Shown piece after piece: positions 28,061-40,100 of a stretch of 64,000 nt of DNA (its first letter is position 1; each line of letters begins with the position of its first letter). The translations under genes and the position numbers were made by a program. The stretch is from assembly GCF_009914755.1 (NCBI RefSeq), contig NC_060928.1. One strand, given 5' to 3'. The notes beneath the pieces are model-generated. The model made no database searches. It saw only the letters and a program-made list of their open reading frames with translations, and was not told where the DNA came from. This DNA comes from the human T2T-CHM13v2.0 reference genome, Homo sapiens.

Positions 28061-29269
28061 GATAGTAAGATACATTTTTTGGCCTTAGAAGCCCTAAGTT
28101 TGGAGAAGAAACACATATTTACAGTAAGGAACTTTGAAGAGAGAAGACTGGGTAGCATCAGTGGATGGGATGTGGAATCATTTAGTCTCACCTTCAGCCT
28201 TCACATGTGCTTGCAGCTATTCTGAAGAGGTTAATTATTATCCTATGCCTAAAGTTTCACTCTTCTATTCAGAAAGAAGACTTCTGGATTGCAGTCAGCA
28301 TCTGGCCTAGCATTCTGCTTTTTATTCATTGTTGGGACATTTATTATATGATATTGACATGGATGAGGTCAAAGTTATAATCCAAAGTAATAGTTTTCTT
28401 AATCTATTAATAGTCCTGATGTATGAACCAAAGTACAATGCTATGCAGTGTGTTTTTAGGTTCATTATGTATTTGAAAACAATTAAAATGTGCCAATGTA
28501 ATTGTAACCATATGGCAAAAATAAGTTAATATTTTTCAACTCTAGATTCAAATTCATATTCATATTTATCGAAGTGAATTATTTATAATGTCTCAATTAA
28601 TTTAGCAAAGTCAATTACTTTAGTTTTCTTCTCATCAAAATTTACTCGATGAAATTATTAATTTTCTGCATGTTTTGTTTGTTTCCTGTAACTAATATCT
28701 CTGTGTTATGGCTTCAGTAGCTCTTGTGCAGATATTTTGCCAAATTTTGAATTTTCATAACAATTTATGAAACATAGTAAGCTGCAAATCCACTATCAGA
28801 GCTCACTTTTTCTTTTTTTCCAGGAAGAAGAAAGAGAAATGAAACGAAATATACAATTTTGCCTACATTGTGGATATTATGAACTACTTTTACATTACAT
28901 TACACAACTTCCTCTCTGAATGATTAGTTATGTATAAAATTTGGAGATATTGTGTAGTGACACCTTAGTGTATTCTTTACAGTGAACATCTAATTTGCAT
29001 ACAGAATTCTCACAATTTATATTATAGTATTATTTCATGGAGTTCCAGAGTATAAAGATAATTTTCCACCTCAAAAAAATATGAAATGTAAGAACTTTTA
29101 CATTTTAATGAGTTAATGTAATGTTAAAGTTGTTAGGAGACTATGGCCTCTTTGAGAAAACTAATTATACTGTTAATTAATTATAAATTAACACCAAATT
29201 TTATTGACTACTATTTAAGACTTATTGTTATCTATTGTTTTGGCAACAAAAAAATTTTACTTCTATCAA

Positions 29270-29930
29270 CTTGATATTTTATTTAGTTGTCTTTTTATAC
29301 TGATTTATAGTACATCTTTGATAGTTTAAATTAATTATGTGTAAGAAATAATTACTATACATGCTTTTTTCAAACTTATGGCCCGAATTTTTACTTTATT
29401 TTCCTTCTGATAACCAGATGTTCTTAACCTTAACATAGTAAAGTTGATCAAATTTCCTTTACACTTGTGTCTTTTATGTTTTTTAAACAAATCCTGCCTT
29501 GCAATAATGTCAGAAAAGTTTTTTTTAGATTTCCTTCTACATTTTTCAATTTTGCCTTTATAATGAAATTTTTTAAATACTTGGAAATTATTTGACATGT
29601 GTCAGTGATGAAATATCATTTTTATCACAAAGTTAAGCAATTATTTATCCTTGATTTATTTAATGACTCCTTTGTTTCCCACTTTTTAAAAATGCCTGAT
29701 CTGACAGAAATTGAGTGTGTATTTATTTACTTTTGAGCTGCCTACTTTCTTTCACTGATCCATTAATCTATTCCTCTGTGAATAAACTAATTTCTCAATT
29801 ATCTTCACATTAGAATTAGAACCTGTGTTTTTTATGTGTTGGGCAAGTCCATCTTACTGCCAACTCATTCTTTGTCAATATTGTCTTAGATTCTTGGTTC
29901 TTTGAATGTCCACTTCAATTTTTTGTTCAA
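29270..29930 (-). mobile_element. Ancient L1ME-type ORF2 fragment
   Basis: T-rich L1-like text: 'tgtctttttatactgatttatagt', 'ttgtgtcttttatgttttttaaacaaatcc', 'actttctttcactgatccattaatctattcc'. Confidence 0.55.
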
Positions 29931-30729
29931 CAAATAGTGCAGGGAAAGAAAGTTTTTGTCATTTAGATTTGATTGTTAACTAATTTGTTATCTCATTAAA
30001 GTGTCAGGAAAATCCCCAAATTGAAAGTAAATTGCACCAATCTGAAAACAGTTTCTATTCTAACAAAATTTTCAAGTCAGTTCAAAGGGTCAATGATGTG
30101 ATAATGCCTAAGAGTGTTGGGATACAGCAGACACTTAAATACCGATATTTAACACAATAAAGCTTTCTTTGAAGCCAAAGTGTTTCTACTCAGAAGAAAC
30201 TCTGAAGGAAAATACAAGTTGAATTGGACAGGGATAGTTTAGGGAAGGGAATAGGGTGCTCACTTAAATACAGGGGAAAGAAGGACAGAAGGCAGTTCAA
30301 AAAATGTGATTTTCCCCCCTATTGCTTTGTGAACCTGAGAGTAAAGATAGCTCTAGGGCAATGATTCTTACTCTCTCCTAAAAGTATACGGAAACTCATT
30401 GCTCTTGAGAATGAATATAAGAAGGAATAGAAAAGGGTTACAATCAAATCCCATGAAAATCTTTTAGAGAATTTACAGATAATAGGAGCAAAATTTGAAC
30501 TCTACTAACAAGGAAGGTATTCAAGAAAAACATACCCAAAACGTAAAGATATAAAGTACAATCTAATATTTTAAAAAGAAGTAAAGGTTCTATGAAATAT
30601 ATAGCAGTTTTGAACAAATAAAATTAATTAGAATATTCTAGAAATGTATAAATTGGTCATTTGCATCACCATTGTCTCAACCCTACCTGAGATACTTCAA
30701 TCTTTAAATGTGGGGCAATACTAATAAAC

Positions 30730-31450
30730 TAACAAAGGAAATTGAGATGGAGTGGACAAAAATTTGGGAAAACCAGATGAGAGTAATTTCTAGAATCCAA
30801 GAAAAGAAAGTGTTCAAAGAAAGAAAAGAAATTAACTTAGTTAAATTCCATCAAAATATAAGATAAATGAAGATAGTGAAGTAACCAAGGTTTTTAGCAA
30901 TAGTATTAATGACATCGAGAAGTACAGTTTAGTGGAGTGGTGGGCATGAAAATCTAATTAGAATGAATTCAAGAGAGACAAAGAGGAAATAAATTAAGGT
31001 GTGTGTTTACAGGCAAATCTTTCTCCGACATTTTCTACGGAAGATTAAATAAAAAACAGATGGACTATGAATTAACGAGATCATAAGATTTATTTATTTA
31101 AGAATGGGAGAAAAATAAGAACATTTATTTATAATACGGTAAAATTCTTATTCTAAAGGGAATGATTCAATAAAAGGGAAAAATTACGATGTAAGAGAGA
31201 GAGATGTAAAAAGCCCTGGAGAAATGTTTTTGAGCAATTAGTAAGAACGTTGCGAACAGCTGTTGGGATTGGCCTTAGCTAGGAACATTGACTACTTATA
31301 CATTTTGAACATCAGGAAAGGTTAGAGAATTTGGAAGTAGAAATGGTTTGATATAGTGATACAAATTAATCTAAGCTATCCTCTGACTTTTTTAATTTTC
31401 TCTATGAAGTAGCAAGTGAAGATGGGAGTTAGGAGTGTGAATTGTGGAGG
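30730..31450 (-). mobile_element. L2 internal fragment
   Basis: 'ggaaaaccagatgagagtaatttctagaatccaagaaaagaaagtgtt' and 'cagtttagtggagtggtgggcatgaaaatc'. Confidence 0.7.
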
Positions 31451-31879
31451 AATTGTCAAAGGAAAAAGAGAAATTATAGAGGACAAATATGTAATAATTG
31501 CCTGCACCTCTAGAAGAATAGAGAACTTAAGGCTATCTAGGATGTGTAGCCATAGATCAACTATTTCAGGAATGTCGTGGAAAACTTATTTTAACCCCAA
31601 AATGCCACATTTCAGAGAGAGGGATGGATCCCTCTAAGGCATTACTGTCAAATAGAAATAAAGCAAGATTATATCTACATCTATTTCTACTTTTGGAAAA
31701 TCCTCGTTTTCCCAATAAATGCCAACATCTGCCAAGATCCAGCTAAACTGTGTTAAATTCTCAGGCAGAATTAGGTTGCCTTCCAAATCAGTCTCATATT
31801 ACTTTGCAGTGATTTCAAAATCGATATTTATCACATCAAATAAAAACATTTAAAAATGATTAACCAACGTGATCCTTCT

Positions 31880-32000
31880 AACTCACAGACAAAAACTTTA
31901 TAGTAAGAGTTAGGTTTATTCATTCTTTATGTCCAGACCACAATACAATGACTGGCACATAGCAGGCATACATCAAATACTGTTGAATAAACTAATGAAT
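31880..32000 (+). mobile_element. L2 3' terminus
   Basis: 'caatgactggcacatagcaggca..caaatactgttgaataaactaatgaat'. Confidence 0.7.
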
Positions 32001-33566
32001 AATGGAATGTGTTTATTCCATTTAGAATATATGAAAGCTGGGATGTTAAATGACCTTTGGAAGTTCCTGGTAGCCATAAGATTTTGCATTTATATTTTGT
32101 AGACTAATATTCAGAGTAGATTTCAAACTGTTTTTGAAATGGGTTGATAGCTCATTTTGTGGGTTGTTTTGAATATTGCTCTAGCAGGCAGAATACATTA
32201 GCATTCATCTTAGAAAGGAAGTGGCAGCATATCTATTTCTGTAATTCCAATGCAAGTAATCAGTTTGTTGGGGGAAATAACAAGCTAAGACTTCAAACAA
32301 ACTTAACTTGAGCTGCCTAGCCTTTTGTTTAGTTGAAAAATTTCCTAGAAAATGTTTGTTGCTTCCTGCTTAGGGATTTTGCTCTGAAAAAGAAATACTT
32401 TGCTAATTCTTGCATTTACTGGTGTGCATAAACTATCTCAAGGCCAAATTCAGAGGCAAATTTCCTCAACAGAGAGAGAGAGGAGGAGAAGCATTTTATT
32501 TTCATTATGCAACTAATATCTTCTCCATTTGCAAAATAAGATACCTTTGTCTGCTAGTCATTTATGGTTTATACATTTTTGATGACCCCTATTGGGATCT
32601 AAAATTTTTACCCACACACATTTAATTCCTTTTCTCCAGAAACCACTATAATTTATTCTCCAGAGGACCGGACCACAATCAGTTCCTGTAAAAATTCTAT
32701 TTGCATTGCTCCTTTACTCTGATGTAAGTGTAAAAAACAGTGATGTATACTCTTAACCCATGGGCAAAATATGTTTAGCATGTGCAATATGATTAATACC
32801 AAGTTCTGACTGAGATATCTGTTGGTTAGTATACCATGTATTCATCTCTATCTTTGCTCAAATTTTCAATAAAAATATTTTTATTATTTTCAGTATGATA
32901 CTGAAAATATGTATGTCTACCTGTATATCTATGTCTAACTGTTCAGAGTCATACTCTTAAACAGGGGATATGTAATTCTCTATTCTAATTATTATTAAGT
33001 TCATTACATATAGTATAAAAGGGAGAGCTGTTATACTATATCCAGTGATATAGTATAAAATCCAGTGATAATTATTCTATGAAAGGTAATATATTAATCA
33101 TTTCAATATATCTACTTAGACATAAAAGTTATTTAAATGCATTATTTCTAATACTTAATTGCTTTTGTAATAGAAATGCAGCACAAAGCCAAAAATAACA
33201 CACGCATGCTTACTTGGAGATATGTTTATCTGTATTCTTAGGCATTCATTACCATAAACATAAGAGGGGTATCTCCACTCAATCTGGTTTTTCTCCCAAA
33301 GTTTAATGGCTTTAAGCAGGCAGAGTTAAGGGTTGTCGGTAGTTAATAGGATTTTTGTTAGTTTCTTTTAAAGATTATCTATTAGTCTCATCCAATTTTC
33401 CTGTAAAATATTAATATACAGAACTTTAGATTCATTGAAACTAACAACTCAAACCTTATTGGAATAGTCATAAGGGTAATGCTTTCTTTAGAAAGAACAA
33501 ATAATTGATGGAAGGTGTATCTGAGAAACACATGATATCTACAGTTATTTTTTTTTAAATTGTCCT

Positions 33567-34091
33567 GTTTGTTTATTTGTATTTGTATTTTTATTTTTTA
33601 TTATACTTTAAGTTCTGGGGTACATGTGTAGAACGTGCAGTTTTGTTACATAGGTATACACGTGTCATGCTGGTTTGCTACAACCATTAACCCATCACCT
33701 AAGGTATTAGCTATTTCTCCTAGTGCTATCCCTCCCTTAGACCCTCACCCCCCGACAGAGCCTAGTGTGCAATGTTCTGCTCCCTGTGTCCATGTATTCT
33801 CATTGTTCAACTCCCACTTATGAGTGACAACATCCAGTGTTTGGTTTTCTATTCTTGTGTTAGTTTGCTGAGAATGATGGTTTCCAGCTTCATCCATGTC
33901 CCTGCAAAAGACAGTAACTCATCCTTTTTTATGGCTGCATAGTATTCCATGGTGTACATGTGCCACATTTTATTTATCCAGTCTTTCACTGATGGACATT
34001 TGGGTTGGTTCCAGGTCTTTGCTATTGTGAATAGTGCCGCAATAAATATATGTGTGCATTGTCTTTATAATAGAATGATTTATAATCCTTT
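33567..34091 (-). mobile_element. 5'-truncated L1PA7/8-like element
   Basis: T-tail then 'ttatactttaagttctggggtacatgtgtagaacgtgcagttttgttacataggtatacac...tagaatgatttataatccttt'. Confidence 0.92.
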
Positions 34092-34094
34092 ATA

Positions 34095-34428
34095 ATCAAG
34101 CCAAACTGGTTAATGTGGCTGGAAATTTCCCAAGTGACCACCCACAGACCACCTAGCACCAACTGACTGATCATCTGAAATCAGCCAATTAAAAGAGAGT
34201 GGTGATTTTAGGCTTAAAGATGATCCAATCAAGACTATTCCTCATTCTCCTGACTCCCCTCTCCTGCCCTGCACTTTGTACCTTTATGATCTCTAACTCT
34301 ACAACCTCTCATTGAAGCACATTTTCTGTTTGCAGTGAAGTCTCATTCTCTCCAATCTGCAGATTCCTCTTTTTAATAAAAAATAAAGCTCTTTTTTTCT
34401 CCATAGATCTCAGTCTCTTCTTAATATA
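34095..34428 (+). mobile_element. Partial LTR of unassigned (probably ERV1) family
   Basis: CCAAT motifs, pyrimidine-rich stretch and 'aaataaagctct...gatctcagtctc' LTR-like R/U5 ending; no 5' TG end seen. Confidence 0.4.
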
Positions 34429-35059
34429 ATGAAAATATTTTTATCTGCCACCACCCTCACCATTTAGCCTACCATTGAATAAATATTTATTATCAATGTC
34501 ATGTTATTTTTTCTTTACATAGGCTCTATTTATCCATGTCCTGGCCCTTTTCAGTAGCATTCCATATGCCCAAATCTATCCCAGCTTAAAAGACCTTATC
34601 TAAATCTTGAATGGCTTATCATCACTCTACATTTTTTCTAATGTTCATACATCACATACTTTTTGGTTTGATTGTTTGAAATCCCTTTCAAACTTTCTTT
34701 TTGTTCACTCTTTTCCTTCTTTTTTATGGCTAAATAGTATTCTGTTGTACATATATATATATATAATATTTTATCCATCCATCTGTTGACAGACATTTAG
34801 GCTGATTCTATATCTTGCCTATGGTGAAGAGGGCTATAATAAATATGAGGGTATAGGTAGTTCTTTCATATACTGATTTTCCTTCCTTTGAATAAATACC
34901 AAGTAGTGAAAATGTTTGGTCATATGGTAGTTCTATTTTGTAGTATTTTGAGAAACCTCCATACTGTTTTCCTCAATGGCTCTAATAATTTACATCCCCG
35001 CCAGCAGTGTAAGAGTCCACTTTTCTCCACATACTCACCAGCAACTGTTATTTTTTATT

Positions 35060-35223
35060 TTTTTCTTTTTGGGATTACAGGTGCGCAACACCATGCCCGG
35101 CTAATTTTTTTTTTCAGAGTCCACAGAGCTATTTTATTATTATTACTATTATTATTATTATTATTTTTTAATTATACTTTAAGTTTTAGGGTACATGTGC
35201 ACATTGTGCAGGTTAGTTACATA
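35060..35223 (-). mobile_element. Composite insert: 53-bp L1PA2-like 3' end + (TAA)n tail + 16-bp unique spacer + Alu fragment + A-tail
   Basis: Minus strand reads TATGTAACTAACCTGCACAATGTGCACATGTACCCTAAAACTTAAAGTATAAT-(TAA)n-AGCTCTGTGGACTCTG-An-TTAGCCGGGCATGGTGTTGCGCACCTGTAATCCC-An. Confidence 0.85.
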
Positions 35224-35413
35224 TTTTTTTTATAACCATTGTGAAGTAAGATATTTTATTGTTGTTTTGACTTGCCTGTCCCTGATTATAAGTAATGTTG
35301 AGCATTTTTTTCTATATACTTTCTGATTATTTATATGCCTTTTTTTGAGAGGTTTCTATTTGGAATCTTTGCCCATTTGTGTCAGATTTTTTAAAATGTT
35401 GAGTTTGATATAA

Positions 35414-35795
<382 letters not shown>

Positions 35796-37106
35796 TGTAG
35801 TTGCAGGTCTTATGTTTAATTCTTTTATCCATTTTGAATTGATGTATGTATATGGTGAGAGAGCAGCATCTAGTATTATTCTGCATAGTGATATCCATTT
35901 TATTTCAGCAACATTCATTGAATACACTGTCCTATCTGCAATTTTCTTGACACCTTCATCAGAAAATATGGATATCGTTAGCTATAATATTCTGTTACAT
36001 TGGTCTGTGTGTTTGTTTTTATACAAATACCATACTGTTTAAATTACTATAGGTTTATAGTACATTTTAAAGTCAGGTAGTGTGATGCCTTCAGCTTTGT
36101 TCTTTTTGCTCAGCATTGCTTTGACTATTCAATGTTTTATGTGGTTTCACATACATTTCAGTATTCTTTTTTATATTTTTATGAATAATATCATTGATAT
36201 TTTTCTAGAGATTTCATTGGGTAGTATGTTCATTGTAACAATATTAATTATTCCAATCCATAAGCATAAAATATCTTCCCATTTTTCTGTGTCCTTTTCA
36301 AATTATTTCATCAGCATTTGCTAGTTTTCATTGTAGAGATATTTGATCCCCTTGGTTAAATTTTTTTCTAGACATTTTAGTTTTGTTTTTGTTACTGCTG
36401 TACATAGGATTGCTTTCTTGGTTTCTTTTTCAGGCACTTTTTGTTGTTATATAGAAATATTACTAATTTTTCTAAGTTGATTTCATATCCTGAAACATTT
36501 CAGATTTCATTAATTCTAACAGTTTTTGGTAGCATCTTTAGGTTTTCTACGTATAAGGTCATGCTATCTGCAAAGATGAACAACTTTACCTTATATTTTC
36601 CAATTTGAATGCCATTTATTATTTTCTCTTGTCGAATTGCTCTGGCTAGAACTTCCAGTACCATATTAAATAAGAGTAGTACAAATGGGTATTCTTGTCC
36701 CATTCAAGTTCTTAGATCAAAATCTTTCAGCTTTTCCCCATTTACTATGATGGTATCTGTGGGTTTGTCATTTATGACCATTATGTATTGAGGTATGTTC
36801 CTTCTATACCAGATTTATGAAGAGATTTCATCAGGAAGAATGTTAACTTTTATAAAATGCTTTTTCTGCATTTTTTGAGATGATCAAGCAGTAAGGTTTT
36901 TATCCTTTATTCTGCTGATCTGATGTGTAACATATATTGATTTGTGTATGTAGAACCATCTTGTGTCCCTGAAATAAATCCCATTTGATCATAGTGTATT
37001 ATCTTTTTAATGTGCTGTTGGACTTTGTTTGCTAGTATTTTGTTGATTTTTTTTTGCATCTATGTTCATCAGGAATATGGGAATATGTGGTTTTTTTAAT
37101 GTGTCC

Positions 37107-40100
37107 TTTTTTGTTTTTGTTTTTTAAACTTTTATTTGAGGTTCAGGAGTTCACGTGCAGGTTTTTCATGTAGGTTATATATAATATGAGGGTTTGGTGT
37201 ACAGATTATTTCTTCACTCAGGTAATAAGAAAAGAACCCAATAGTTTTTCAATCCTCACCCTTCTCCCACTCTGTACCCTCAAGTAGGCCCTGGTGTTTG
37301 TTGTTATATTCTTTTTTTCAATGCGTATTCAATGTTTTGCACCCACTTATAAGTGAGAACATGCGGTATTTGATTTTCCATTCCTGTGCAAGTTTGCCTA
37401 GAATAATGGCCTCCAGCTCCACCCATGTTGCTGCAAAAGACATGATCTCATACTTTTTCATGGTTTTGTAGTATTTCACGGTGTATATATCACACATTTT
37501 CTTAACCCAGCCTACTATTAATGGGCATTTAAATTGATTCCATGTCTTTGCTATTGAGACATGGAGTCATTTGATTTTTGCTTGTTAATTTGTTTAAGTT
37601 TCTTATATATTCTGGATATTAGACCATTGTCAAAGGCATAGTTTGTAAATATTTTCTTCTGTAAGTTGTCTGATTATTCTGTTGATAGTTTCTTTTGTTA
37701 TACAGGCACTCTTTAGTTTAATTAGGTCCCATTTATTAATTTTTATTTTTAGTGCCATTGCTTGGCTTCTTCATCGTTGTATCTTTGCCAGGGCTTACGT
37801 CCAGGATGGTATTTTCTAGATTTTCTTCTAGAGGTTTTATAATTTTAGGTTTTATATTGAAGTATTTAACACATCTTGAGATGATTTTTCTATATAGTGT
37901 AAAGAAATGGGTCCAGTTTTAATCTTCTGCATATGGCTAGCCAGTTATCCCAGCACCATTCATTGAATAAGGAGTCCTTTCCCTATTGCTTGTTTTTGAA
38001 AACTTTGTGGTCTCTTCTACTCCATGGGTCTATGTGTCTGTTCTTTTGTCAGTGTTATATTGCTTTTGTTAAATTAGCCTTATAATATAGTTTGAAGTTG
38101 GGTATGATTTCTCTAGCTTTGTTCTTTTTGCTTAGGACTGGCTTGACAATTGGGTCTCCTTTTTTTTCTATACAAATTTTAAAATAGTGAACAAATTCTG
38201 TGAAGAATATCTTTGGTAGTTTTATAGGAGTAGCACTGAATTTGTAAACAGCTTAGAGAAGTACGGCCATATGAAAAATATTGATTCTTTCTATCCTTGA
38301 GCATGGGATGTTTTTCCATATGTTTGTGTCATCTCTGCTTTCTTTCAGCAGAGTTTTGTAATTATTGTTGTAGAGGTCTTTTATGTCACTGGATAGTTGT
38401 ATTTCTAGGTATTTTATTCTTTTGTGGCTATTGTGAATGGGATTGCATTCTTGATTTCGCTCTCAGCTTGAATATTGTTGGTGTATAGAAATACTACTGA
38501 TATTGGCACATTGATAATGTAACCTGAAACTGTGGAAGCTGTTTTCAGATTGGGAAGCTTCTGTGCAGAGACTATGGAGTTTTCTAGATATAGAATTACG
38601 TCTTCTTCAAACAGAAATAGTTTGACTTCTTCTATTCCTATTTGAATGCCCTTTATTTCTTTCTCTTGATTAATTACTCTGGCAAGGACTTTCAGTACTG
38701 TGTTGAAAAGGAGTGGTGAGAGACAGCACCTTCATCTTGTTTCCGTTCCCAGGAAGAATGTTTCCAGCCTTTGCCTATTCAGTATGATGATGGCTGTGGA
38801 TTTGCCATAGATGGTTCTTATTATTTTCAGGTAGGTATCTTTGATGCCTTGTTTTTTGAGGATTTTTAACATGAAAAGATGTTGAATTTTATCAAAAGAC
38901 TTTTCTGCAACTATTGAGATGATCATGGGGCTTTTATTTTTACTTCTGAATCCCATTTATTGATTTGCATATGTTGATCCAACCTTGCGTCTCAGGAATA
39001 AAGCCTAGTTGACTGTACTTTTTTGATGTGCTGCAGGATTTGGTTTGCTAGTATTTTATTGTGGATCTTTGCATCTATGATCATCAAAGATATTGCCTTG
39101 AAATTTTATTTTTTTTGTTCTGTCTCTGACAGGTTTTAGTGTTAGGATGACACCGGCATCATGCAGTGAATTAGGGAGGAGTATATCCTCCTTGATTTTT
39201 GGAATACTTTCAGTAGGAATGATTCCAGTTGATATAAAAATATATATATCATATATATGGTATATATATGATATATTATATATGATATATTATATATATG
39301 ATATATTATATATATTTTTTATTTATATATATATGTGTATATGTGTGTGTGTATATATATATATATGGTAGAATTCAGCTGTGAATCCATCTGGTCCTGG
39401 GGATTTTTTTGGTTGGTAGGATTTTTATTCCTGATTCAATTTAGGAACTTCTTATTGGTCTGTCAAGGGATTTATTTTTTTCCTGGTTCAAGCTTGGGTT
39501 ATGTTTCCTGGAATTTATCCATTTCTTCTGTGGTTTCTAGTTTGTATTCACAGAGGTGTTTATAGTAGTCTCTGTTTTTTGTTTTTGTTTTAAATTTCTG
39601 TGTGGTCAATGGTAATGTCCCCTTTGTTATTTCTGACTGTAGTAATTTGGTCTTTTTTTCTTTATTAGTTTAGTTAGTCATCCATCGATGATATTTATTC
39701 TTTCAAATAACCAATTATTGGACTCATTTATCTTTTGCATGTTTATTCATATATCAGTTTCCTTCAGTTTAGCTCTGATTTTGGTTATTTCTTGTCTTCT
39801 GCTAATTTGGGGGGGTTGGGGTTGCTCGTTTCTGTAGTTCCTCTTGATGTAACCTTAGGTTCCTAATTTTAGATTTTTCTAACTTTTTGATGTGGGTGTT
39901 TATTGCTATAAACTTCCCTCTTAATACTACTTTAGCTGTGTTTCTGAGATTTAGTATGTTAAATCTTTGTTCTCATTAGTTTCAAAGAATTTCACGATCT
40001 CTGCCTTAATTTCATTATTTACCTAAATGTCATTCAGACTGTTTAATTTCCACATAATTGTACGGTTTTGAATGACTCTCTTAATATTAGTTTGTATTTT

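Noticed and set aside
28805-28900. Polypyrimidine tract + CAG followed by a purine-rich GAAGAAGAA (exon-like)
   Set aside because: No convincing donor or ORF; such motifs are common by chance
30200-30660. Possible HAL1/L1ME ORF1 remnant
   Set aside because: Similarity too weak to call by eye
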